Positions 14,022-23,480 of a stretch of DNA of 40,539 nucleotides are shown piece after piece; the stretch's first letter is position 1; the number at the start of each line of letters is the position of its first letter. The position numbers were made by a program, and so were the translations under genes. The DNA is from a virus (Duplodnaviria; Caudoviricetes), in the IMG/VR virus record IMGVR_UViG_3300048578_000440, positions 1 to 40,539 of that record; one strand, given 5' to 3'. The notes under the pieces are model-generated. The model was not told the origin of the DNA. It was given only the letters and a program-made list of their open reading frames with translations, and did not search any database.

Positions 14022-14933
14022 GTGAAAATTCTCGCCATTGATGGTGGCGGCATGAAGGGGCTGCTCCCCGCGCTGCTGCTGTCCGCGTTCGAGACCAGGA
14101 CCGGGCAGTCTATTGCCAGGCATTTCGATCTCATCGCAGGCACCTCAACCGGCGGCATCATCGCCCTGGGGCTTGCCGCCGGCATTCCGGCAGCCCGTTT
14201 GGCCGATTTTTACCTGGAACGTGGGCCGGCCATTTTTAGTCTATCCTTAAAGCAATGCTTGAAGTCTTTGGGAGGGGTGGCCGACGAACTCTATGATGCC
14301 GGGGAGTTGGAAGTGGCCCTGTCCGATGTGTTCGGGGACCGTTTGCTTTCATCGACAGAGACCCGGGCCATGGCTGTGGCCTACGACATTGAGGCCCGGG
14401 AGCCGGTGATTTTCACATCCTGGAGCGCCGGGGATGATTACCGACTGGCCGACGTGGGCCGTGCGACTTCAGCCGCGCCGACGTTTTTCGAGCCGTTCGC
14501 TATCGCCAGCCTTTCCGGCCGGGTGACGCCGTGCATTGACGGCGGCGTGGTGGCCAACAACCCGGCGCGGCTGGCCCTGCTGGCCGGCCTGGGGCTGCTG
14601 GAGGAAACAGACAGCCGAGGCGTTGCCCTGATTTCCCTGGGCACGGGGCGCTGCGAAAAGCCCATTCTGCTCGAAGCTGCCCGGTCCTACGGGTTGGCGC
14701 AGTGGGCGCCGCAACTGATGGACGTGATGTTTTCCGGCGGGGCCGAGATGGTGCATCACGACTGCGCGGCCTCACTTGGCGACCATTACGTCCGCCTGCA
14801 GGCCGATCTGCCCGAGCCGGTGGCCATGGACGCCACCGACGCCCATTCCCTGGCCATCCTCAAGATGGCGGCCAAGCGGTTGGCCGACAGCCCCGAGTCC
14901 GCCCGGGCGCTGGCCCTGGTGGGGGCGGCCTGA
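14022..14933 (+). CDS. Patatin-like phospholipase
   Basis: ILAIDGGGMKG oxyanion motif, AGTSTGG nucleophile elbow, ATSAAPTFF, IDGGVVANNP catalytic Asp, ISLGTG. Confidence 0.93.
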   Translation: MKILAIDGGGMKGLLPALLLSAFETRTGQSIARHFDLIAGTSTGGIIALGLAAGIPAARLADFYLERGPAIFSLSLKQCLKSLGGVADELYDAGELEVALSDVFGDRLLSSTETRAMAVAYDIEAREPVIFTSWSAGDDYRLADVGRATSAAPTFFEPFAIASLSGRVTPCIDGGVVANNPARLALLAGLGLLEETDSRGVALISLGTGRCEKPILLEAARSYGLAQWAPQLMDVMFSGGAEMVHHDCAASLGDHYVRLQADLPEPVAMDATDAHSLAILKMAAKRLADSPESARALALVGAA

Positions 14934-15430
14934 TGTGGGGCGTCGTCTGGGATAATCTGGCCAATGTGGGCAAGGATCTGCTCGTCGGGTGGCTGGGCAA
15001 GACGTTCTGGTCCACGGTCCTGGCTGTGGCCTGCGGCCTGCTCGGCGGCTGGGACAAGCTGACCAACGGTTTGTTTCTGCTCTGGGGCGTTGATTTCGTT
15101 CTTGGTTTCACCCGGGCTTGGATTGACGATTGCCTGTCACGGCGGCGCTTCATGCGCGGCCTGTCCAAATTCTTCCTCTACGCCGCAGCCATCTTCGCCG
15201 CCGTGACCCTCGACAGCATGTTGAATTTCAAGGCCGAGGGCTGGCTGCACTTCGACTTCCGGGCCGGCATCATCCTCTATCTCGCCATCAACGAAATGCT
15301 TTCCATCATGGGCCATCTGAAGGCGCTTGGTTGCCCGATGCCCCAGGCCGTCGTGAAGAGATTGCGGGACTACCGCGATTGCGTGGTGTTCGCCGGCCGG
15401 CCGGCTGAGAAGGGGCGGCATGATGGCTGA
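14933..15430 (+). CDS. Phage holin (holin-4 / toxin secretion-phage lysis type)
   Basis: LLGGWD.L...LFLL..VDFVLG, SRRRFMRGL.KF, YLAINEMLSIM.HL..LG.PMP..V...L; multiple TM helices. Confidence 0.85.
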   Translation: MWGVVWDNLANVGKDLLVGWLGKTFWSTVLAVACGLLGGWDKLTNGLFLLWGVDFVLGFTRAWIDDCLSRRRFMRGLSKFFLYAAAIFAAVTLDSMLNFKAEGWLHFDFRAGIILYLAINEMLSIMGHLKALGCPMPQAVVKRLRDYRDCVVFAGRPAEKGRHDG

Positions 15431-17420
15431 AATGCTTCCCAAGCTGGCCAGGGAGTTGGTCTCCGAGCGCGATAGCGCAAAACTCGACCGGCAGTTGCAG
15501 GAAGAGATCTGGCTGGAGGATTGGCGCGCCTACAAGGGTATCTATGATCCAAAGACCTTGCAGGAGATAGACGAGGATCGTTCCAAGGTCTTCATTCGCA
15601 AGACCAAGGTCAAGTGCGACACGATTGAAGCCAGGATCATGGACATCCTGTTTCCGCAGTCAGGAGACCCGAACTGGGAGATTGGTCCGACGCCGGAGCC
15701 GGCTCTGGATCAATCCGGTCAGGATGAGGCCAAGCGCCGGGCTCTGGAGCAGGGGCGGCCTGTGGCGGAATGCTTGCTTGAGGTGGCCAAAGAGCGGTCC
15801 GAAGCCATGCGAATCGTAATGGCGGATCAGCTTGCCGAGTCGCCGGATCACTGCGGGTACCGCGCCACGATGCTTGAGGTGGTCCGCTCGGCCGTGCGCC
15901 TTGGGACAGGCGTCCACAAGGGGCCGCTGGTCAATCAGCAGGTCCGTGAGGTCTGGAAGCCTGTCCCGAAAACGGTTTCTGACGCTTCAGGAGCGGAGAC
16001 GGTGCAGGCTGAATGGCAGCTTGTGCGTGAGCCTGCCGCGTTGCAGCCGACCTCGACCTTCGTCAATCTCTGGAATTTTTACCCGGATATGTCCTCCAAG
16101 GATATCCGCTCCTGCCGCTACGCCTGGGAACTGTATCAAATGCTTTACGGCGAGGTCATGAAACTCGCCGGCCGCAAGTCTTTCAACGGGAAGATCATCA
16201 GGGAGTATCTGCGTCAAAACAAAGACGGCGACGCCGAGCAACGAAGGATCGACGCTGAATTGCGCCGGGTGGGCGAGAAAACTGCCACCGTGAATCTCGC
16301 CGGCCGCTTTGACGTCTGGGAACGCTGGGGCTGGCTGCGCGGCGACCAATTGGCCGAAGCCGGGGTGGAGATTCCCGAAGACCAGCTCGACCAGGAATTT
16401 TTTTGCAACGTCTGGTTGCTTGGCGATCAAATCATCAAGGCCGTTCGCGCTCCAGTCCAGGGCGTCGCAATGCCGTATCAGCTTTATTATTGTGAAAAAG
16501 ATGATGCTTCGATTTTTGGCGAAGGCGTTGCCCGTATTCTGCGCCATCCGCAGCGCGCGCTCAATGGTTCAGTCCGGGCCATGCTGGATAATGCCAGTGT
16601 TTCAGCCGGACCAATCGTCGGCATAGACAGAAACGCGCTCGCCCAGGACGAAGATGCGAGAAAGCTTCACGCCTTTCGTGTTTTCCTGTTCGATAATGTT
16701 GATGACCTGAAGAATTTTATTGTTTTCCATCAAGTCCAGAACAACATCCCATTGTTCCATACCATGATCAAGCTGTTCGACGAGTTCATGGACGAACAGT
16801 CGACGCCACGATGGGTTCATGGCGATGGGAATGTCGCGGATGCTGCAAAGACGCTCGGCGGCATGTCCATGCTTATGGGGGCGTTGACCATCAACATCGC
16901 GGCGATGGTCAAAGTCTTCGATGATTACGTTACCGCGCCGTATATGACTGCGCTTTACAACTGGAATATGGATTTCAACCCCCGTGAGGACATCAAGGGT
17001 GACTTTTCCGTAGTGGCGCGTGGTGCGACGGCTCTTGTTGCCAAGGAAGTCCGCTCACAGCGGCTCCAAAATTTCTCACAGATGGCTACGCAAAATCCGG
17101 CTTTTGCCCCCATGATCGATAACAGGGTTCTGCTGCAGGAATTGGCTGATTCCATGGAGATCAGCAAGCCAATCATTCTTAACGATGCAGAAGTTCAAAA
17201 GCGACAGATGGACCAACTTGTCATGCAGGCACAGGCCGCAACGACTGGGAAGATTCAAGCTCTCATCGCTGAGATGGAATCACGTCATATCGCTCCGGCT
17301 GCAGTATTGCAGGAGCTTTTGGGGCAGGCGCTCCAGGAAGCGCCTGCTGGTGAAATGTCGCCTGATGCCGGACAGCCGATGCTGATGGCTGCGGACACAG
17401 GACAGCAACAGGCGATGTAG
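15420..17420 (+). CDS. Portal protein (podovirus-type)
   Basis: 666 aa, helical. RSKVFIRKTKVK, AVRLGTGVHKGP, WNFYPD, VWERWG, FGEGVARILRHPQRALN...RAMLDNA, IKGDFSVVARG. First gene of the head cluster. Confidence 0.88.
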   Translation: MMAEMLPKLARELVSERDSAKLDRQLQEEIWLEDWRAYKGIYDPKTLQEIDEDRSKVFIRKTKVKCDTIEARIMDILFPQSGDPNWEIGPTPEPALDQSGQDEAKRRALEQGRPVAECLLEVAKERSEAMRIVMADQLAESPDHCGYRATMLEVVRSAVRLGTGVHKGPLVNQQVREVWKPVPKTVSDASGAETVQAEWQLVREPAALQPTSTFVNLWNFYPDMSSKDIRSCRYAWELYQMLYGEVMKLAGRKSFNGKIIREYLRQNKDGDAEQRRIDAELRRVGEKTATVNLAGRFDVWERWGWLRGDQLAEAGVEIPEDQLDQEFFCNVWLLGDQIIKAVRAPVQGVAMPYQLYYCEKDDASIFGEGVARILRHPQRALNGSVRAMLDNASVSAGPIVGIDRNALAQDEDARKLHAFRVFLFDNVDDLKNFIVFHQVQNNIPLFHTMIKLFDEFMDEQSTPRWVHGDGNVADAAKTLGGMSMLMGALTINIAAMVKVFDDYVTAPYMTALYNWNMDFNPREDIKGDFSVVARGATALVAKEVRSQRLQNFSQMATQNPAFAPMIDNRVLLQELADSMEISKPIILNDAEVQKRQMDQLVMQAQAATTGKIQALIAEMESRHIAPAAVLQELLGQALQEAPAGEMSPDAGQPMLMAADTGQQQAM

Positions 17421-17429
17421 GAGATATCC

Positions 17430-17747
17430 ATGCAATCCATGAAACAAGAACGAAAGAAATCAAATAAAGTGTCATATGAGGTTGACGGCTCAGCATATCC
17501 TTGGGGACTGCGCCTGACATTAAATGATGAAGCGCTGAAAAAGCTCAAGATGAAAGCTGATGATTTCGAATACGATGGTATATATTTGTTGGCTGCAAAA
17601 GTTGTTGTTGTTGGAATGTCCGGGAATGAAACATCGTCAGGAAAAGAAACCACCGTTGATCTTCAAATAACAGACATGGAAATCCAGGATGAATCTGATG
17701 AAGCGCTGAAGCTCTACGAGGAGGCATATGAGGGTGGCAGGAAATAA
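17430..17747 (+). CDS. Capsid staple-like protein
   Basis: YPWGLRLTLNDEALKKL...AKVVV.G.S......VDLQITDMEI motif, as seen in podovirus staple proteins. Confidence 0.65.
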   Translation: MQSMKQERKKSNKVSYEVDGSAYPWGLRLTLNDEALKKLKMKADDFEYDGIYLLAAKVVVVGMSGNETSSGKETTVDLQITDMEIQDESDEALKLYEEAYEGGRK

Positions 17748-17976
17748 AAGAGATCTGATCCGTGAAATATATGCCGAGGGACATTCGCGTTCCGTTTCTG
17801 CTGTGTTGGAGTTGATCGGTCTTTATCGGGATGATGCGGTCAGAGCGCTTAAAACAGCGACCGAAGGGAATTTCCGGCTGTTCCAGGGGCAGATTCAGGC
17901 CCTGGATGCCCTTGAAAAAGACATCGTCGGGAAACCCGCGCCTGCGCCCTCGGGGAGTGGCGCTTACAGCGGGTGA
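17734..17976 (+). CDS. Small helical head-cluster protein
   Basis: FRLFQGQIQALDAL motif typical of small genes between portal and scaffold. RBS GAGGAGG. Start is 17728 or 17734. Confidence 0.6.
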   Translation: MAGNKRDLIREIYAEGHSRSVSAVLELIGLYRDDAVRALKTATEGNFRLFQGQIQALDALEKDIVGKPAPAPSGSGAYSG

Positions 17977-18064
17977 TCCTGGCGATTAACGGCATCGCGG
18001 TTTTGTCGGCCGCGACCCGAAACGATCCCGGCCCGCCTCGCGGTACCGGGGCATGGAGTGGAAG

Positions 18065-19117
18065 ATGGCAGACCTGGAAATTGACGGCGCTGACTTTGAT
18101 GCCGCTTACGGCGTGGAAGAAAGCGGATTGGCCGGTGGGCCGGGTTTGGAAGCCAGCGGCGACGCTGCAGGCCCGATCGAATCCGGGCCGGCTGATGTGT
18201 CCGGTCCCGGGGCGGATGGAACCCCGGAGGAAGGAGGGGCCGACGGGAAGACGTTCGGGGATGGCGTCAACGAAGGCGGCAAACCCGGGGGCGACGCAAG
18301 TCCCGGCAGCAGCCTGGGTGATGCCGCCGTTGGAGAGGGTGCGGACGAAGACGATCCGGCCAAGCTGCGCCTGGAACTGAAAACCCTGGGTGGGCGGACG
18401 GCAGCCCTTGAGGATCAGAAAAGACAGCTTGAAATCGAGCTGGCTGCCCTGAAGGCCGGGAAACCGTCGGGCGAGCGCAGGGAAGTTCCCGCAGGCGGAA
18501 CGGGTGATGGCGCAGCGCCGAAAACGGTGGAGATTCCTGAAAACCTGCGCAGTGACGCCGAGGAATTCCGTGAATCCTACCCGGAACTGTATCCGCTTCT
18601 CGAAGCCGCCGGGCCGGTGGGTGACCGCTTGCGCAAACTTCTGGGGGATTCCGGGGCGGATATGGCCGGTCTGGCTGCCCAGAATGTCGTCCTTCAGATG
18701 GAACTTGGCAGGATGCGGTCCGAGGTGCGCGAAATCACCCAGGAAGAGCACAACGCCAAGGTCGAAGAACACCATCCCGAGACGCGTGGCTATCGATCCA
18801 GTGATCCCGCGCTCCAGGAAGAGTACGCCACCTTCCTGTCGGGACTGACGGCCTGGATTGACCGGCAACCGTATGCCGACGCCGTGGACATGAAACGTGT
18901 GCTGCAAGCCGGTAGGGCGGGCGAGGTTATCTCCTTGCTCGATCAGTACAAAAAGACACTCAACAAGAAGCCGGACACGCCGCTGAGCGAAGACAAGCGT
19001 CGGCGGGCCGAGGAAGCCGGCGCGGTGGGCAACCGCCGCCCGGTTGCGCCGTTGGCTGGCGCGCCCGACCCGGATGATTACAATGGCGCGATCGTAGAGG
19101 CGTTCGGGCTTTCATAA
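18065..19117 (+). CDS. Capsid scaffolding protein
   Basis: Acidic low-complexity N-terminus and coiled coil; lies directly upstream of the capsid gene. Confidence 0.75.
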   Translation: MADLEIDGADFDAAYGVEESGLAGGPGLEASGDAAGPIESGPADVSGPGADGTPEEGGADGKTFGDGVNEGGKPGGDASPGSSLGDAAVGEGADEDDPAKLRLELKTLGGRTAALEDQKRQLEIELAALKAGKPSGERREVPAGGTGDGAAPKTVEIPENLRSDAEEFRESYPELYPLLEAAGPVGDRLRKLLGDSGADMAGLAAQNVVLQMELGRMRSEVREITQEEHNAKVEEHHPETRGYRSSDPALQEEYATFLSGLTAWIDRQPYADAVDMKRVLQAGRAGEVISLLDQYKKTLNKKPDTPLSEDKRRRAEEAGAVGNRRPVAPLAGAPDPDDYNGAIVEAFGLS

Positions 19118-19129
19118 AAGGGACATCTT

Positions 19130-20164
19130 ATGAGCCGTTTTGGAACGACGACCACGCAGGACGTCTCCAACCGTACGCGGGCTTTTCTGGCCAGTGAATT
19201 CCTCAAGGTCATGTATCCCCGGCTGTTGCTGTGCCTCTTTGCGCAGCATGCGCTGATTCCCAAGAACCAGACCGAGGTCATCGAATGGCGGCGCTATCTG
19301 CCGTTGCCCACTGATCCCAAGGTGCTGGCCGAGGGCGTGACGCCCAAGCCGGGCAAGATGCAGTGGGAGGACGTCGCCGCCACCCTGAAGGAATACTACG
19401 ATCTGTACATGATCACCAACCGGGTGGAGGACACGCATACCGACCCGACCTTGCAGCTCTCCAAGGATTACCTGGGCAAGGCCGCCGCCGTGATGTTCGA
19501 GAAGGTCACGGCGGCCGAACTCCTCGGCGGCATCAATGTTTTCTACGCGAACGGGGCTTCCAGGAGCGCGGTCAACACCACGGTCAACTACAGCCTGATC
19601 CAGAACGTGGTGCGGATGCTGGAACGCAACCTGGCCGAACCCATCACCAAGGCCCTTTCCAGCACGCCGGCCTACGGCACCGAGGCCCTGGATGACTGCT
19701 ATATCGCGGTCTGCCACTCGGATCTGGCCAAGGACATCCAGAACTGCGACCGGTTCGTGGAAAAGAAGAACTACGGATCGGTCACGCCCTATCCCCAGGA
19801 AATCGGCGCGATCGGGCCGGTCCGATTCCTTAAGAACAACGTGCTGACCGCCTGGGCTGGCGCGGGCGGCGCTGCCGGCGGCACGGTCCTGACCTCGTCC
19901 GGCGGCAAGGCCGACGTCTATCCCATCCTCATCTTCGGAGCCGATGCTTACGGCTGCGTCGCCCTCAAGGGCTACAAGACCAAGAACGCCGACGGCAAGG
20001 GCATGGCCGTTTCGCCTGTGGAAATTTCGGTCGTGCCCGTGGACAGGCGGGATAAGGACGATCCTCTGGGGCAGCGCGGCTATGTCGGCTGGAGATCGTA
20101 CTACGTGGCGAAGATCCTCCAGGATCTGTGGCTGACCCGCGTTGAAGTGGCCTGCTCCGTTTAG
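19130..20164 (+). CDS. Major capsid protein, N4-gp56 family
   Basis: IPKNQTEVIEWRRY, LAEGVTP, YIAVCHSDL..DI, EIGAIG.VRF, DVYPILIFGADAYG.V.LKG, DPLGQRGYVGW. Confidence 0.92.
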   Translation: MSRFGTTTTQDVSNRTRAFLASEFLKVMYPRLLLCLFAQHALIPKNQTEVIEWRRYLPLPTDPKVLAEGVTPKPGKMQWEDVAATLKEYYDLYMITNRVEDTHTDPTLQLSKDYLGKAAAVMFEKVTAAELLGGINVFYANGASRSAVNTTVNYSLIQNVVRMLERNLAEPITKALSSTPAYGTEALDDCYIAVCHSDLAKDIQNCDRFVEKKNYGSVTPYPQEIGAIGPVRFLKNNVLTAWAGAGGAAGGTVLTSSGGKADVYPILIFGADAYGCVALKGYKTKNADGKGMAVSPVEISVVPVDRRDKDDPLGQRGYVGWRSYYVAKILQDLWLTRVEVACSV

Positions 20165-20191
20165 CGGCACCAACCAAAGAGGAGAATCGGC

Positions 20192-20659
20192 ATGAATCGT
20201 ACGTTTACCGACGCCTTTCCGAACGAGCAGCAGGCGGCGCTGCTTGGCTTTATGCGCGATGGTCCCATCGGCCCTCCCGGATTGGCCATCGCAGCGGGGG
20301 CAAGCCCGGCGGTCAAGGCCTCGGCGTTTGACTATCGCATCAACGGCAGGATTTTCGGCAAGGCGGCCCAGGCCGCCGTTTCCCTGGCCAACCTTGGCGT
20401 GGTTGCCGCCGGAAAGTCCTCGGCCGCCTTCCTGGCCATTGACGCCGCCGGCAACGTCACGGTGTCGGCCGTGGCCCCGGATGAAGGAAACGACATCGTC
20501 GTGCCCGATCCCGGTTCCGGCGCCTGCCTGTTCGGGGCGGTCAACGTGTCCAACGGCGGGGCCACGGCCTTTACCGGCGGCACCACGGCCCTGGACGCGG
20601 CCGATATCACGGTAATCTACCACAACCTGTCCGGCGTGATCCCCGGCGAAAGCCTGTAG
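20192..20659 (+). CDS. Minor capsid / decoration protein
   Basis: Ala/Gly-rich beta protein right after the capsid gene; C-terminal FTGGTTALDA motif; RBS AGGAG. Confidence 0.65.
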   Translation: MNRTFTDAFPNEQQAALLGFMRDGPIGPPGLAIAAGASPAVKASAFDYRINGRIFGKAAQAAVSLANLGVVAAGKSSAAFLAIDAAGNVTVSAVAPDEGNDIVVPDPGSGACLFGAVNVSNGGATAFTGGTTALDAADITVIYHNLSGVIPGESL

Positions 20660-20662
20660 GAC

Positions 20663-20869
20663 GTGGCTATGGAACGAACGCTCAACGATATCCTGTCCAG
20701 CGTCCATGATCCCGGCACAAAGATCGCCCTGCAAAAGGCGTTTCGGTTGGTCATCGATGCGATTGAAACCCACGCGCACAAATGCGGCGGTGATGGGGTG
20801 GTGTCGTCGGCGGCCTGTACGGACGCGCCGGGCCATACCGCTGACACGCCGTTGGTGCTTCCCAAATAA
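20663..20869 (+). CDS. Small hypothetical virion-cluster protein
   Basis: Fills the operon gap; HAHKC motif. Confidence 0.55.
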   Translation: MAMERTLNDILSSVHDPGTKIALQKAFRLVIDAIETHAHKCGGDGVVSSAACTDAPGHTADTPLVLPK

Positions 20870-20881
20870 GGAGCGGCTGCT

Positions 20882-21208
20882 ATGGCCAAAAAAGACTTGT
20901 CCGATGACACGGCCGTCCTGCTGGGGCACCGTATCAGGATTGCCAGCGAGAAAACGAAGGAAGGCCGCCGGGCCGTTGTCGGAGCCCATGCCGGCGTCAA
21001 CTTCCAGATTCCGCGCGATACGGAATGTGTCGTGTCCGAGGCCGTGTTGGAAATCCTGAGGAACGCGGAAGTGCCTGACGTTGAACTCCTGGAGGATGGC
21101 GGCGTGGACATCCGCATGGTCCAGCGCTTTCCGATCACCTATATCGGGCCTGTGTACGATGGATCGGCCGACGCGATGGCTCCGGAGTCGGGTTTTGCGG
21201 CTCCCTGA
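20882..21208 (+). CDS. Conserved small head-cluster protein
   Basis: VVGAHAGVNFQIPRDTE..VSEAVLEILRNA...VQRFP; RBS AAGGAG. Confidence 0.7.
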   Translation: MAKKDLSDDTAVLLGHRIRIASEKTKEGRRAVVGAHAGVNFQIPRDTECVVSEAVLEILRNAEVPDVELLEDGGVDIRMVQRFPITYIGPVYDGSADAMAPESGFAAP

Positions 21209-22046
21209 CCTGCGCGAAGAGGCGCGGCGGCCACTCCTGGATGCGTCCGTCGGCGACGACGAGCTGAATAGTTACGCCAATGAGGCGTTGCGGATGGCGG
21301 CCTCCCGGGTGTTTTTGCCCGACCTGGAGGCCGCTGCCGCCGTCGTCGTGCCGGCCGGTGCTTCGACCGTGGCCCTGCCCGGCGATTTCCAGCGCGAGTT
21401 GTTCAGCGCCGCAGACAGCGACGGCCGGCCGCTGTCCGTCGTGACGTCACGGTTTGACGGGGCGCGATTGGACGCGGCCCGTTTTTCGGCCGGCGAGATC
21501 CGGTTTGTGGCGGCCGTGGGCACCACCCGGCTGCGAGTCTGGCCTGCGCCGGAGGCTGAGGCAACCATCATTCTGGGCTACTACCGGTTGCCGCACACGT
21601 TGGAGCAAGGGGCCGGCAAGGTGGCTTTTTCTGCCTCGGGTCTCCTGGCGGCGGATGGACCGCTGTTTGACCGGTTCCACGCCGGCGACGTGTTTACGGT
21701 CTCTGGCAGCGCCGGCAATGACGGCGAGTACACCGTGGAGGCGGCGTCGGGTTCCTCCTGCCGCGTGGCCGAACCCCTGGCCGATGAAGTGGCTGTGGCG
21801 GTCAACGTCACGGCAACGTCCATCGAAGCCGTGCCCGAGCATCTGCACCGCAATGTCCTGGTCAACGGCATTTTGGCCAGGGCTTTCGATTCCAAGGAAG
21901 ACGCCTTCGAAGGCAAGAAAAACACCGCCTACTACATGGCCATGGCCGACGAGGCCATCCGGCAGCTTAAGCGCGACATCAACGCCACGGGCTATCGGGC
22001 GCGTACCGCCGGTTCAAAAGAGCTGCGCGGCAGGAAGCTGGCATGA
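21195..22046 (+). CDS. Head-tail adaptor-like protein with an inserted beta domain
   Basis: DDELNSYANEAL, VALPGDF, LRVWPAP, VPEHLHR.VLV.G adaptor pattern. The insert GDVFTVSGS..NDGEYTV resembles a small beta-barrel. TTG start at 21195 after GGAG (alternative ATG 21159). Confidence 0.65.
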   Translation: MRLPDLREEARRPLLDASVGDDELNSYANEALRMAASRVFLPDLEAAAAVVVPAGASTVALPGDFQRELFSAADSDGRPLSVVTSRFDGARLDAARFSAGEIRFVAAVGTTRLRVWPAPEAEATIILGYYRLPHTLEQGAGKVAFSASGLLAADGPLFDRFHAGDVFTVSGSAGNDGEYTVEAASGSSCRVAEPLADEVAVAVNVTATSIEAVPEHLHRNVLVNGILARAFDSKEDAFEGKKNTAYYMAMADEAIRQLKRDINATGYRARTAGSKELRGRKLA

Positions 22047-22957
22047 GACAGGTTGTTTTCCAGGAGTTTCGGGGGCTTAATACCGTCAGCCCGCCGGAAG
22101 CGTTGCGCTATGATGCGCGTTCGGGTTCCTGTGAATTGGCCGTGGCGGTCAATGTCGACGTTACGGATGGCGGCCGGAGGCTGACAACGCGGCCAGGATT
22201 TGCCTTGGCTCTGTCGCTTTCCGAACCGCATTCACCTTTTGTGGATGGTGCCCGCACTTATCTGGCCTCACAAAACATGCTTCTTGCGGTCGCCGGCATG
22301 ATGGCCACGCCGATCTTTACAGGTCTGACGCCCGGGGCGCGACTGGCGTGGTGTCGGCAGGGGCAGGCGATCTACTGGAGCAACGGCATCCAGAAGGGGC
22401 GGATCGTTGACGGCCAAGCCCGGGCCTGGGGCGGCATCCCGTTTTCGAGCGATGCGCGAGAAGCGGCCGAATACGCCGAACCGCCAGCCGGCACAGTCCT
22501 GGCGGCGTTCGCCGGGCGCATCTGGATCGGCGTCAATGACGAGATCCTCTACACGGTTCCCGGTTATCCCCATCACATTCGCATCGGTTCCTGCCGGCTG
22601 CCGCGACTCTCTTCATCCGTGCGCATGATCCAGCCCATCGATGACGGCGTCTACATCTCCACCGAGCACCGGATTGTTTTCCAGGCCGGTGTTGACCCGG
22701 GCGCGATGCAAATGACCGTTGTCAGCCATGAGCCGGTCATTCCTCGCATGTTTATGCCGGTCCTGGCCAGCGACGTTGTCAGAAAAGTCAACCCGGAACA
22801 TGGCGTCATTTGGGCCACGGCAAAGGGTCTGGAACTTGGACTTTCCGGCGGAATGATCATCAAGCTCACCGAAGACAACGTGGCCATCAACGCGACGGCA
22901 AGCGGCGGCGCGATGTTGCGGCTGCCGCACCGTGTGGTGGCCATCTACCATCCATAG
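22043..22957 (+). CDS. Tail tubular / nozzle-like beta protein
   Basis: N-terminus FRGLNTV...AVNVDV...L.TRPG characteristic of podovirus nozzle/stabilisation proteins; ATGA coupling. Confidence 0.6.
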   Translation: MRQVVFQEFRGLNTVSPPEALRYDARSGSCELAVAVNVDVTDGGRRLTTRPGFALALSLSEPHSPFVDGARTYLASQNMLLAVAGMMATPIFTGLTPGARLAWCRQGQAIYWSNGIQKGRIVDGQARAWGGIPFSSDAREAAEYAEPPAGTVLAAFAGRIWIGVNDEILYTVPGYPHHIRIGSCRLPRLSSSVRMIQPIDDGVYISTEHRIVFQAGVDPGAMQMTVVSHEPVIPRMFMPVLASDVVRKVNPEHGVIWATAKGLELGLSGGMIIKLTEDNVAINATASGGAMLRLPHRVVAIYHP

Positions 22958-22966
22958 GAGTTCGCC

Positions 22967-23425
22967 ATGGCATTGCGCGTTTCCACCGGCCTTCGCAATA
23001 AGTTGTTGGGCACGGACAGTTTCAAAGAAATCATGCGAAACGGCGTCATCCGCATCTTCCCGGGTGTGCAGCCGGCTTCAGCCGATGATGGCGAAGGCAC
23101 GGCACATTTGCTGGAGATCACCGTTTCGTCGGGACTCTTCACTCCTGGGGCCGAGGCTAATGGCCTTAATTTCGCCGCCCCCTCTGCCGGGAGCTGTGCC
23201 AAGGCCTCCTCAGAAATCTGGTCCGGCCTGGGCGCACTCACCGGCACGGCCGGCTGGTTCCGTTTCTATGCCAATGACCGCACTCTCGGAGCCAGCCTCG
23301 ACGCAGCGAGATTCGACGGCTCCGTCTCCACCTCCGGGGCGCAGCTCAACTTGAGCAGCACGGCAGTTACCGTAAACGCAACTGTCACTATCGACAGCTT
23401 TGTAGTCGTCGCTCCTGCGTCCTAG
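22967..23425 (+). CDS. Virion/tail structural protein
   Basis: MALRVSTGLRNKLL...IRIF.G.QPASAD...GTAGWFRF...RFDGSV.TSGAQLNL pattern; RBS AGGAG. Confidence 0.7.
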   Translation: MALRVSTGLRNKLLGTDSFKEIMRNGVIRIFPGVQPASADDGEGTAHLLEITVSSGLFTPGAEANGLNFAAPSAGSCAKASSEIWSGLGALTGTAGWFRFYANDRTLGASLDAARFDGSVSTSGAQLNLSSTAVTVNATVTIDSFVVVAPAS

Positions 23426-23443
23426 ATCAGAGCAATACAAGGA

Positions 23444-23471
23444 AGCGGCCGCCCCCGCCCGGGCGGCCGCT
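23444..23471. other. GC-rich 11-bp hairpin at the boundary of the AT-rich module
   Basis: AGCGGCCGCCC-CCGCCC-GGGCGGCCGCT, flanked by the direct repeat AGGAAGC (23440-23446 and 23472-23478). Confidence 0.55.
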
Positions 23472-23480
23472 AGGAAGCAC

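Noticed and set aside
14022-14933. CBASS defence operon
   Set aside because: The patatin resembles CapV-type effectors, but there is no recognisable CD-NTase or Cap2/Cap3 nearby and the gene is coupled to lysis genes.
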